Shown: piece by piece, positions 47,107 to 55,559 of the stretch
Numbering within the stretch: position 1 is the stretch's first letter
Layout: every line of letters starts with the position of its first letter
Assembly: GCA_900316905.1 (NCBI GenBank)
Contig: ONET01000003.1
Coordinates: forward strand, 12,770 to 76,769
Origin: an uncultured Treponema sp.
Lineage (GTDB): Bacteria; Spirochaetota; Spirochaetia; Treponematales; Treponemataceae
DNA: 64,000 bases
Direction: 5' to 3'
Made by a program: the position numbers and the translations under genes
The notes under the pieces: generated by a model
What the model was told of the DNA's origin: nothing
Database searches by the model: none
The model's input: the letters and a program-made list of their open reading frames with translations, nothing else

Positions 47107-47749
47107 AGCGCAGCCTCCTTTCGGCGATGTGCGACAAAATTGAAATTGGAAGCAGGATTATAAAATACGCCGCGACCAAAAGCAAGAGCGCCTCTTCGGT
47201 TTTGTAGTAAAGGCCAATCAAGTCCTTGGCCACAAACATCAAGTCGGCCAAAGCGACGGCGCTAAAGACAGAAGTTTCCTTTAACAAAAATATTATGTTG
47301 GCCACCACTCCTGGAACGGACACGGTCGCGGCTTGCGGAAGAACCACATATTCCACCAGCTGCCGCTTGTTAAGTCCCACGCAAAGGCCGCTTTCTATTT
47401 GAACGCGGCCGACGGTGCCCAAGGCGCTCCTAAATGTTTCGGCCATGTAAGAGCCGCCCAAAAAAGTAAGGCCGATGATTCCGCATTGCTCGCTGGAAAA
47501 TTTTATTCCCATTCTGGGAAAGGCAAAATATAAAAAGAAAAGTTGTATCAAGAGGGGCGTGTTGCGTGAAAATTCAGTGTATGCCCTGACAATGATTTTT
47601 AAGACTGGTATTTTCCAGTAGCGGACCAGGGCGCAAAATATTCCAACAACAAATGAAAGCAGTATTCCAATAAAGCCTATCCGCAGCGTCAAAAATGCCG
47701 CCTCTTTGTAAAGCGGAATAACTTCTTTTATAAATTCATAATCCATCAC
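47084..47749 (-). CDS. Polar amino acid ABC transporter permease
   Basis: RNTPLLIQLFFLYF, GGSYMAE, LKETS. Confidence 0.92.
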   Translation of the reverse strand: MMDYEFIKEVIPLYKEAAFLTLRIGFIGILLSFVVGIFCALVRYWKIPVLKIIVRAYTEFSRNTPLLIQLFFLYFAFPRMGIKFSSEQCGIIGLTFLGGSYMAETFRSALGTVGRVQIESGLCVGLNKRQLVEYVVLPQAATVSVPGVVANIIFLLKETSVFSAVALADLMFVAKDLIGLYYKTEEALLLLVAAYFIILLPISILSHIAERRLRYGQYGNV

Positions 47750-47753
47750 AACC

Positions 47754-47818
47754 TACAGGTTGGCATAAAAAAATTGCCCGGTTTGCCCGGGCAATTAAAG
47801 GGTTGCCAACGGCCTGTA
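47754..47818 (-). terminator. Hairpin after the SBP gene (REP-like; terminator or stabiliser)
   Basis: AATTGCCCGG-TTTG-CCCGGGCAATT (47772-47796) with a minus-strand T-run, enclosed by a TACAGG..TTGGCA / TGCCAA..CCTGTA outer stem. Confidence 0.6.
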
Positions 47819-47822
47819 TATA

Positions 47823-48665
47823 TTACAACTTTCCGCCTTCTACTACAAGACTGTCGGCGTCGGAATCTTTTCCGTACACGCTGCGGAGCGTGGCCTCGTA
47901 GTCGGCGTGGAAGAACTTTTCTTTTCCAAGCTGGACAATCTCGTTGTTGAGCCAGTCAAGCAAGTCCTTGTTTCCCTTTTGAACGGCGGGAGCGATCGCG
48001 TCAAGGCTTCCGATTGAGTCGGCGCCGGCTCCGACAGCGAACGTCGGGTTTTCAATCGCCCAGGCAAGGACTTCCGTGTTGTCGGTTGAAAGGCCGTCGC
48101 CGCGTCCGTCCAAAAGCGCGTTGTAGGCTTCTGAATACTGGTCAAACTTTAGAAGCTTGATTTTGGGATAGTTCTTTGAAAAGTAGGACTCGGCGGTCGT
48201 TCCCTTGGCGATAATCAAAGTCTTTCCGTTAAGCTGGGCGGGGTCTGTGATCAAAGCCTTTTTGGGCGAGACGATTCCCAAGGCCACCTTCATGTAGGGA
48301 AGGGCAAAGTCAACCTTTTGCGCGCGCTCGGGCGTAACAGTAAAGTTGGCGAGAACGATGTCAACCTTTCCTGTGGCCAAAACCTCGACGCGGGCCGCGG
48401 CTTCCACCGGAACGTACTTTACTTTTACTCCCAAATCTTTTGCGATGCGGTTTCCAAAGTAAACGTCGTAGCCCTGATATTCGCCGTTTTCGTCAACGTA
48501 GCCAAAGGGCTTTTTGTCGCTGAAAACCGCGATTTTAATTGTCTTGCTCTTTTTGATTTCCGCTACAGTTCTGCCTTCCTTTCCTTTGGCAAAAATCGAA
48601 GACATGGCCATAGAAACCAGTACCAACGCCAACGCAACTTTCTTTGCAATAGAACCAATTTTCAT
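47823..48665 (-). CDS. Amino acid (cysteine-like, CjaA-type) ABC substrate-binding protein
   Basis: Signal peptide, VFSDKKPFGYVD, VDIVLANFTVTPERAQKVDF. Start ATG 48665 after AGGAGG. Confidence 0.9.
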   Translation of the reverse strand: MKIGSIAKKVALALVLVSMAMSSIFAKGKEGRTVAEIKKSKTIKIAVFSDKKPFGYVDENGEYQGYDVYFGNRIAKDLGVKVKYVPVEAAARVEVLATGKVDIVLANFTVTPERAQKVDFALPYMKVALGIVSPKKALITDPAQLNGKTLIIAKGTTAESYFSKNYPKIKLLKFDQYSEAYNALLDGRGDGLSTDNTEVLAWAIENPTFAVGAGADSIGSLDAIAPAVQKGNKDLLDWLNNEIVQLGKEKFFHADYEATLRSVYGKDSDADSLVVEGGKL

Positions 48666-48803
48666 AAGAATTCCTCCTTTTTTTGTTTTACCTACTATTC
48701 CGATAGGTTTTATTGATATTGAATATATACAGCGCCTGCGCTTTTTTGTCAACAGGTTTTTAAAAAAAATTTTATTTTTCTTGCGGAACTTTGGCGCAAA
48801 AAA

Positions 48804-48860
48804 ATGCCCGGGCAAGCCGGGCAATGACAAGCGTCATGTTCGGGTTTGGCCCGGACATCT
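48804..48860. repeat. Two back-to-back REP-like palindromes downstream of pheT
   Basis: ATGCCCGGGCAAGCCGGGCAATGAC and GTCATGTTCGGGTTTGGCCCGGACATCT; same GTCAT...GCTTG.. family as 22623 and 33024. Confidence 0.7.
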
Positions 48861-48876
48861 TTTGATTGGCTTGCGC

Positions 48877-50598
48877 TTACATCAATTCCTCAAGGTCAAG
48901 CTCGCCGGCGATGCAGGGAACCTGGATCGACCAGTTTTCCAGCACTTGCGGGTGAAGCTCGCCAAAGATTCCGACTTGCTTTCCGTTGACCATGATGCCG
49001 GCTTGGCGGCCTGGAATAAAGCGCGGGTCGCTGGTTTCCACAACCTTGTACTCGTGGTCAAGGTAGTAGAGGAGCGACGACACTTCGCTGGCCGCGCTGT
49101 TGAAGTTGGCGTTGGAGGCCGCGGTGACAAAGCCAAGGGCTTGGCGCGTGCGCGTTCCGGTGTTCTCTTCGGGGCAAATGTAGGCGACTTTTCCAATTTC
49201 AAAAATCTTGTGAGGGAAAATCGCGTTGGCGCTTTGGGCTTCCGCGCGCAAAAGCGACGGAATGATTGACGGGCGGACAAACTGGTAGTTTTCGCTCATC
49301 GGGTTGGCAACCTCAATCGCGTTGTCGGCGCTTACGTTCATGCGCTCGATGTAGTCCTTTTTGCTTCCAAGATAGTTGAAAATCATTTCCTGGTAGTTAA
49401 GGCCCACCATGATTTCCTTTGTCTTGCGGCTGTAAACCGTAAGGTCGGACAGCTTTCCGATTGTGAATGCGTTGGGCTTTTGCGGGGCAAAGTCCTTTAC
49501 GCCGCAGCCAATCATAACGTCTTCGATTACGTCAACTTCGTGCAAGAAGTCGTTGCGGTAGGGCGCCGGGCTAAGAACGATTTCCCAGTCGTCGCCAACC
49601 TGCTTTGTCTCAACCTTGCTTCCCATGCGGGTAAGGGCGTCGGCGACCTTCTTAATGTCAAAGTCGCTTCCGAGCAATTTGTTGACGGCGCTGAGCGTGG
49701 CCTTTGTTGTGGGCTGGAAATAGAAGGGAACCATGATGTCCTTTCCAAAGCCAGTGTCGTAGGGATGCTTTACCAAAATCGGCTTAATGTCGTAGCCTTG
49801 GTCGATGAAGTCGCAGGCAACGATGTTGGCGCTCAAAATCAAGCCTTCCATGTTGTCGCCCGTAAGCTCAACCATCAAATCCTTGTCTCCAACTTGAACC
49901 GCTCCAAGCGTGGCGCTGTTGATTATCGGAGCCATAGACATAACTTCGTCCTTTGCGTCCGACAAAAGCGGGAACTTTTTGCAGTCCTTTAGAATCCAGC
50001 CAAAGTCCTTTCCCTTGGGATGGTCGGTCAAAATCTGGCGGCAAGTCATCGGGCTTTCGCACTGGAGCGGAACAAAAGAAGTTTTGTCCGGATCGACGGC
50101 GTGGTATTTTACCGGGAACTTGATTTGGTCAACGCGGTAAACGCCCATAGAAATGGACTTGCGCTTGCGGCCAAAGTTCCATGCCAGTTTTTCCTGCGTT
50201 TGGATTATGTCCTTTAGCATGGGGTCGTCGATGGCTTTTCCGCAAATCATAAAGGCCACCATGTAGGGGCGCACGTCCTTAAGCTCCGGGTCAACGGTCA
50301 CGACGCGGTCGCCGTAGTCGCCGTTTCCCATGTTGGACATGTATTTGTAGTAGTCGGCGGTCTTTCCGCCCGCGTGCAATTTTAGCTGGCGGGCCACGCC
50401 GTTTGTGGACCAAAGGTCGGGGCGGTTTGTGTCGTTCAATTCGATTTTGATGGCGCGCTCGCTTTCGGGGAGCGTCGTGTCGGGCTTTTCGTCAAGCTCG
50501 GCCTTTGCGCAGGGCAGAACGTCTTCCAGCGCGGCGTAGTCGTATCGCTTTCCAACAGCGTCAAAAAACAGTTTTTCGTTTACTTCTATTTTTGGCAT
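48877..50598 (-). CDS. pheT: Phenylalanyl-tRNA synthetase beta subunit (short archaeal/spirochaete type)
   Basis: 573 aa; NRPDL, QEKL...GRKRK, PIINS, YRNDFLHEVDVIED, FEIG, GELHP. Confidence 0.93.
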   Translation of the reverse strand: MPKIEVNEKLFFDAVGKRYDYAALEDVLPCAKAELDEKPDTTLPESERAIKIELNDTNRPDLWSTNGVARQLKLHAGGKTADYYKYMSNMGNGDYGDRVVTVDPELKDVRPYMVAFMICGKAIDDPMLKDIIQTQEKLAWNFGRKRKSISMGVYRVDQIKFPVKYHAVDPDKTSFVPLQCESPMTCRQILTDHPKGKDFGWILKDCKKFPLLSDAKDEVMSMAPIINSATLGAVQVGDKDLMVELTGDNMEGLILSANIVACDFIDQGYDIKPILVKHPYDTGFGKDIMVPFYFQPTTKATLSAVNKLLGSDFDIKKVADALTRMGSKVETKQVGDDWEIVLSPAPYRNDFLHEVDVIEDVMIGCGVKDFAPQKPNAFTIGKLSDLTVYSRKTKEIMVGLNYQEMIFNYLGSKKDYIERMNVSADNAIEVANPMSENYQFVRPSIIPSLLRAEAQSANAIFPHKIFEIGKVAYICPEENTGTRTRQALGFVTAASNANFNSAASEVSSLLYYLDHEYKVVETSDPRFIPGRQAGIMVNGKQVGIFGELHPQVLENWSIQVPCIAGELDLEELM

Positions 50599-50695
50599 AA
50601 ATTACTCCAATTTGTGAATTATATTAAATAATAGAAAAAAGTTCAAGAAATATAAAAAAACGCGGGCAAAATGGGGCGGGTCCCAGCGACGCGCT

Positions 50696-51139
50696 TTAGG
50701 CGGCGAAGGGGTTTTGGATGCGCGCGCCGGCGATGATTTGTTGGTCGTTCAAGTCTTCGGAATAAACGGTGGCGCAGCCTGTGTCGCTGGCCGCCGAAAT
50801 AATAAGCGAGTCCCAAAACGAAAACTGGCTTTTTATGCTTATGTCCACGGCGGACAAAATCAGCGGAACCGAGATTTTTGCAACCGAGATGTTTTCGGAA
50901 AACATTTTTACCATTTTCTTTGCCTTTTCTTTGTCGCACAAGAATTTTTTTGTGACCACATTGTAGAATTCCTGAAGGCATTGCGTTGAGATCACTCCGT
51001 TCCCGGAATCAATCGCGTCTTTTATAAGGGCCGTCGCGATTTTTTGTTTTCGCGCGTCGCTTTCGTCCGCGTAATAAACGAGAATGTTTGAGTCAAAAAA
51101 GACTTTGCCTTCCGCTGATTTAATTTGCTTATCTTTCAT
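50696..51139 (-). CDS. vapC: PIN-domain (VapC-like) toxin
   Basis: FFDSNILVY, STQCLQEF, FSFWDSLII.AA, YSEDL, NPF. Confidence 0.9.
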   Translation of the reverse strand: MKDKQIKSAEGKVFFDSNILVYYADESDARKQKIATALIKDAIDSGNGVISTQCLQEFYNVVTKKFLCDKEKAKKMVKMFSENISVAKISVPLILSAVDISIKSQFSFWDSLIISAASDTGCATVYSEDLNDQQIIAGARIQNPFAA

Positions 51140-51680
51140 AGAGCTCCTCCCGGGTCCATTTTTGGCCGTGTGAATTTAAATGCAGGCTTTTTACAAAGTC
51201 TTCCATTTTTTGATACGCCTGCATATGCTTGTCGGGCTTGAGCTTTTCTTCGGTAGCCGCTTGGACCATGCCAGAAATTTTTGCCAGCACCTTTAGCTGT
51301 TCTTGGTAGACCAGCTTGGGGAGCATTTGGAGGATTGCGTTAAGATAGTAGGAAGGAGCGCGACGAACCGCCAAATAGTCCGCGCCTGCGCCCGCGCCGG
51401 AATCGTGGACGGCGAGGCTTTCTTCTTCCTTTCGTTCTATTTCGTAGGACGTTTCAGGATGCTCGCCTTGCTCCTCGCCAAAGGAATTGAGCTGGTCGTC
51501 CAAAATAACGTCGTAGGGAACATGGTAAAAATTGGCAAGGTTTACCACGGTTTTGACGGGGGGAACCGCCTCGCCGCTTTCGTACTTAATGTACATTTGC
51601 CGCGAGATTCCCAAAAAGGAAGCGACCGCCGCCTGCGAATAATTGTTCTGAATCCTAAGATTTAAAAGGGTCCTGTGCAT
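51129..51680 (-). CDS. XRE HTH protein with antitoxin-like C-terminus
   Basis: HTH (SQAAVASFLGISRQMYIKYESG), C-terminus WTREELYER. Overlaps the PIN gene; leaderless promoter TTGACT-17-TATACT. Confidence 0.82.
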   Translation of the reverse strand: MHRTLLNLRIQNNYSQAAVASFLGISRQMYIKYESGEAVPPVKTVVNLANFYHVPYDVILDDQLNSFGEEQGEHPETSYEIERKEEESLAVHDSGAGAGADYLAVRRAPSYYLNAILQMLPKLVYQEQLKVLAKISGMVQAATEEKLKPDKHMQAYQKMEDFVKSLHLNSHGQKWTREELYER

Positions 51681-51819
51681 GCGGACAGTATACAGCGCGT
51701 TCTTTGATAAGTCAACTAGAATTTACAAAAAATGTAATGAAAAATTTACTATTTGGGTGGCAAAGCTGGCCGAGCTAAAGCGTATGTAGGTGCCTTGCTG
51801 GGCCTGCTTTGGCGCCGCG

Positions 51820-52371
51820 TCACTCGTCGCGGACGATAGCGTCGTCGGCGATGATGTCGCGGTTTTTCCAGGCCAAGAAGGCGATGGCCGCGCCGGCCAG
51901 CATAAGGGCGGCGCCGCCGATTCGTATGATTGTGAATCCTATGGAGCTTGGCAAAAGGAACAACACCACGGCCAGCGCGAAAGAGGCCGCGATTTCTATG
52001 GCGTAGCGCTTTACCGGAAGGCCGTCGCGGCGCAAGGTGAGCGCTATGGGGATTTCCAAAATGGCCGAGGCCAGCGAGTAAACGGCAAAAATGCAGACCA
52101 TTGTTTGCCAAGCGAACTGAGCCACGCGCAAGGGAATCACAACGCACAAAATTCCGATGACGATTCCCACGGCGGCCCTGATGTAACACTGCGTTTTAAA
52201 TGTCTTGTCGTCGCTTAGGGGAGCCACGGCCGCCAGCATAAAGCCGCCGCTCAAGATGGCCGAAATTCCCAAGACAACCACAACGACTTGAACCACAGGT
52301 TCCGCCGCCAAAAGCATCATAAGGCCAACGATGGCCGTCATAATTCCCAAAAAATAATTAGAATTGTTCAT
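51820..52371 (-). CDS. DUF308/HdeD-like membrane protein
   Basis: About six hydrophobic segments. ATG 52371 lies 6 nt after TATAAT. Confidence 0.72.
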   Translation of the reverse strand: MNNSNYFLGIMTAIVGLMMLLAAEPVVQVVVVVLGISAILSGGFMLAAVAPLSDDKTFKTQCYIRAAVGIVIGILCVVIPLRVAQFAWQTMVCIFAVYSLASAILEIPIALTLRRDGLPVKRYAIEIAASFALAVVLFLLPSSIGFTIIRIGGAALMLAGAAIAFLAWKNRDIIADDAIVRDE

Positions 52372-52571
52372 TCTACTATTATAGCGCGCTTCGCGTGCTT
52401 TTGCAAATTTGAAATTATTGACGTTCGCGCCTCGCGGCGCGGAGGCAATACCGCGCTTCGCCTGATTTCGCAAATTCTTTCCGTTTTTTCCCCAAAACAT
52501 AAATTTTTGTTTTATGTTGAATTTATGCGGAACATGGTGTATAATGTTAAAATTATAGCAGGAGTTTTCTT

Positions 52572-53399
52572 TTGGGCAAACGAATATTGTTGATAGGAAA
52601 CAACGAACAGAGCTTTTTGATAAAAGCGTTGGTAAAAAACTTAAAAGGCGCTTCTTACGAAGTTGACTTTTGCCCGCCGGAGGGCAACTATATCAACGCG
52701 CGAATGGTCTCGGACAATCCGCCGGAAATTTTGATACTCTATCTTGAGCGCTTGGAAGACAGCGACAACGCTTTTTTCCAATGGGTCAACACTTTCATAA
52801 CTGGCGAAGGAAAAAAATGCCGCCTGTACTTTATCGGCAACGCCGGCGAAATCAACATGGCCTACGAATTCATCCATCGCGACTATGTAAAGTACGCCTT
52901 TGAGCGTCCGGTGGAAATGCCCGAGTTCCTTAAGATTTTGGAAAAGGACGGCGGCGACTATTCTTTTTCTGACGGCGTAAAGGAATACGAGCTGGACGAG
53001 ACAAAGAAAACGATATTGGTCGTTGACGACGAGCAGGTTCAGCTGCACGCTATGGACCGCTGGCTTAACAAAAACTACAATGTTCTTACGGAAAAGTCAG
53101 GAACAAACGCAATAGCGCTTTTGTCGCACTACAAGGTTGACATGATTTTGCTGGACTACGAAATGCCGGTTCTTTCGGGCTTGGACGTGTTCCAGCTTTT
53201 AAAGTCTGATCCTTCCACCGCGAACATTCCTGTGGTTTTCTTGACCGCCAACGACGACAGCGAAATCGTAAAGCAAGTGATCGCCGCGCGTCCTGTAGGC
53301 TATCTTTTAAAGAACACGCCGCCCGGAATTTTGGTTCAAAAAATCGCCGACATTTTCCAAAGGTTGGCGGACGCAAAAAAGCCCAAGAGACCCTTTTAG
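52572..53399 (+). CDS. Response regulator (degenerate receiver plus intact receiver)
   Basis: C-terminal ILVVDD, LLDYEMP..SG, FLTA, YLLK. AGGAG RBS with TTG start. Confidence 0.85.
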   Translation: MGKRILLIGNNEQSFLIKALVKNLKGASYEVDFCPPEGNYINARMVSDNPPEILILYLERLEDSDNAFFQWVNTFITGEGKKCRLYFIGNAGEINMAYEFIHRDYVKYAFERPVEMPEFLKILEKDGGDYSFSDGVKEYELDETKKTILVVDDEQVQLHAMDRWLNKNYNVLTEKSGTNAIALLSHYKVDMILLDYEMPVLSGLDVFQLLKSDPSTANIPVVFLTANDDSEIVKQVIAARPVGYLLKNTPPGILVQKIADIFQRLADAKKPKRPF

Positions 53400-53423
53400 C
53401 GGCGAGATGTTTGGAGGCACGAT

Positions 53424-53765
53424 ATGACTATAGACACAGCACACGGAATGGAATATTCGATGGACGATAAGGACATGTACAAAGACATGATCCAAATGTT
53501 CGTTGACCAAAGGGAACAAAACCTTTCCGACATAAACGGAGCCTTTGAAAAAAAAGACTGGGACAACTACCGCATCAAGGTTCACGGCTTAAAGAGCAAT
53601 TCCCGCTTGGTTGGCGGAATGGACTTGGGCAACCTTGCCGAAAAGTGCGAGCACGCGGCCCGCGACAAAGACGAGGCTACAATTCTTGCCGAGCATCAAA
53701 ATCTTTTGGCGCTTTACGACGAGACAATCGCCGCTCTAAAGGCCGTTGATTTTAACGCGCTGTGA
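53424..53765 (+). CDS. Hpt phosphotransfer protein
   Basis: VHGLKSNSRLVG...LAEKCE. Confidence 0.88.
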   Translation: MTIDTAHGMEYSMDDKDMYKDMIQMFVDQREQNLSDINGAFEKKDWDNYRIKVHGLKSNSRLVGGMDLGNLAEKCEHAARDKDEATILAEHQNLLALYDETIAALKAVDFNAL

Positions 53766-53802
53766 CATGGCGGCGGACAATAAATAATTTCATTGCCGCC
53801 AC

Positions 53803-53832
53803 TTGACAAAGTCTTATTTTTTATGTTATTAT
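53803..53832 (+). promoter_or_regulatory. sigma70 promoter of the tRNA operon
   Basis: TTGACA-18-TATTAT with TGn extension. Confidence 0.75.
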
Positions 53833-53845
53833 CGTAGAACATTTT

Positions 53846-53930
53846 GGAGCGATGGCAGAGTGGTCGAACGCGGCGGTCTTGAAAACCGTTGTACCGCAAG
53901 GTACCGGGGGTTCAAATCCCTCTCGCTCCG
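53846..53930 (+). tRNA. tRNA-Ser(TGA)
   Basis: GGAGCGA/TCGCTCC acceptor, anticodon loop CTTGAAA, long variable arm, GTTCAAATC. Confidence 0.95.
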
Positions 53931-53937
53931 CATATTT

Positions 53938-54023
53938 GGAAGCGTGGTAGAGCGGTAATACGCCGGATTGCTAATCCGTGGGTTCCAATTTGGGCCCGGC
54001 AGGTTCGACTCCTGTCGCTTCCG
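53938..54023 (+). tRNA. tRNA-Ser(GCT)
   Basis: GGAAGCG/CGCTTCC acceptor, loop TTGCTAA, long variable arm, GTTCGACTC. Confidence 0.92.
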
Positions 54024-54045
54024 TTTTACAAGCTTCAGCTTGAAT

Positions 54046-54120
54046 GAGATTGTAGCTCAGCTGGATTAGAGCGCCACCCTGCGGAGGTGGAGGTCGCACG
54101 TTCGAATCGTGTCAGTCTCA
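54046..54120 (+). tRNA. tRNA-Arg(GCG)
   Basis: GAGATTG/CAGTCTC acceptor, CCACC-CTGCGGA-GGTGG anticodon arm, GTTCGAATC. Confidence 0.93.
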
Positions 54121-54125
54121 TAATT

Positions 54126-54162
54126 AAGGTCGTGCCACCAAGCTCGGCCTTTTTTTATTTTT
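54126..54162 (+). terminator. Rho-independent terminator after the tRNAs
   Basis: AAGGTCG...CGGCCTT followed by a T-run. Confidence 0.6.
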
Positions 54163-54238
54163 AAGTGGGCCTAACGAGCCGATTCGAAGCGGAGCGAACG
54201 GTCAAAAAAATCGCGAGCAATGCGAAAGCCGGGCGATT

Positions 54239-55438
54239 TTAATCCTCGGAATACTTTTCAAAAAGATTTTTGATGTACAAGGAAATTTGCAGCGCGGTTC
54301 TTGTCTCGCCGTCGGAAAAGTCCAGGTTTAGAAGCTCTTCCATTTTGTTGATTCTGTAGATGATTGTGTTTCTGTGCGCGTGGTTTTGCTCGGCGACTTT
54401 TAAAATGTTTCCGCCGTTCTTTAGGTAGGCGCTTAGGGTTTTATAAAAGTCCTCGCGCTTTAGCGGCTCCAATTCGTCAAGCTTTCCGAGATTTTCTTTG
54501 TAGAAATTTTTTAGTATTTCCTTGTTGCGCGCGTCGATGAGGATTTTGTAAATTCCCAAGTCGCCGTAGAAATTCATTTTTTGCGGGTTGGCGTTAATTT
54601 CCAGAGCCGCTTGGGCGTGCGCGAAAATTTCGCTTAAGCCGTCCACTGTTTTTGCCGCGTCGGAAATCGAAACGTTTGAGTCTTTGAAAAGCTTGTCGGC
54701 CTTTGCGGTGTTGAAAATTTCTTGTATGTCGTAAAAGCCCGCGTCCTTTAAAACAAAAATGATTTTGTTGTTGTGGACAAAGCAAACGTATTTGTTGTGG
54801 CTTATGTTCAGGCGCGAGCAAAAATTATATTCAACGTAGCGCTTGATTTTCATCATGTCGTCGTTGAACAGCTCTTCGTTCAGTTCAACAAGGACAATCA
54901 GAAAATCTTTCGCGTCCCTAAAAGGCGTGTTCTTTATTTGCAAGGGATCGCATTCGTTCTTTTCAAAAATCGCCTTGTAAAAAAATTTTTCAACTGACTT
55001 TGTGTTTAGGTTGTCGTTGGCAATCATGTTGCCTATTTCTTGCATCAAGTCTATCGTGTGGATTTCCCAAGGCATCGAAAGAAGGGGAAAGCCTTTTTTG
55101 TCGCAATAGTCAATCAGCTTTTTTGGAATTTCCTTTATGTATTTTCCGGTGTTTATTACAAGGCCAGTCGCGTCGTGCTTGATGAACTCGTCGACAAATT
55201 CCTTGAGGTAGTCGAAAATGTGTTTGTCCGATTTTATTCCGTGGTTGTCTTTGCTGCGCTCGTAGTTTACTCCAAGCGTGATGGCCAGCTCGTTGCCTCT
55301 TATGAATTCAATTGTCTCGGTGTCTTCGGCGTAGCAAACCCAGCTGACGTTTTTTTTGATTCCTTGCCGGCCCGCCAAAAGCTTTAGCTTGAAAGGCGTT
55401 TCCGTAAAGTTGATTATTGTCTGTAGGGAAAGAGCCAT
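54239..55438 (-). CDS. PucR/CdaR-family regulator
   Basis: LLAGRQGI...VSWV, GNELAITLG, PWEI; C-terminal HRNTIIYRINK HTH. Confidence 0.92.
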   Translation of the reverse strand: MALSLQTIINFTETPFKLKLLAGRQGIKKNVSWVCYAEDTETIEFIRGNELAITLGVNYERSKDNHGIKSDKHIFDYLKEFVDEFIKHDATGLVINTGKYIKEIPKKLIDYCDKKGFPLLSMPWEIHTIDLMQEIGNMIANDNLNTKSVEKFFYKAIFEKNECDPLQIKNTPFRDAKDFLIVLVELNEELFNDDMMKIKRYVEYNFCSRLNISHNKYVCFVHNNKIIFVLKDAGFYDIQEIFNTAKADKLFKDSNVSISDAAKTVDGLSEIFAHAQAALEINANPQKMNFYGDLGIYKILIDARNKEILKNFYKENLGKLDELEPLKREDFYKTLSAYLKNGGNILKVAEQNHAHRNTIIYRINKMEELLNLDFSDGETRTALQISLYIKNLFEKYSED

Positions 55439-55559
55439 ATCGTTCACCCCGCATTGTAAATTTTTATATAAGAAAATAAAAAAAATTGTGCATATTGTCA
55501 ACAACCAAAAAAAGCATTTGCGCTATTTTTGCTTCATTCAATGAACTTGGAGGTGTTTT

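Noticed and set aside
53846-54238. tRNA cluster as the integration site of an island
   Set aside because: No integrase and no duplicated tRNA 3' end seen in the window. The hairpin at ~54205-54240 is probably a terminator or repeat remnant.
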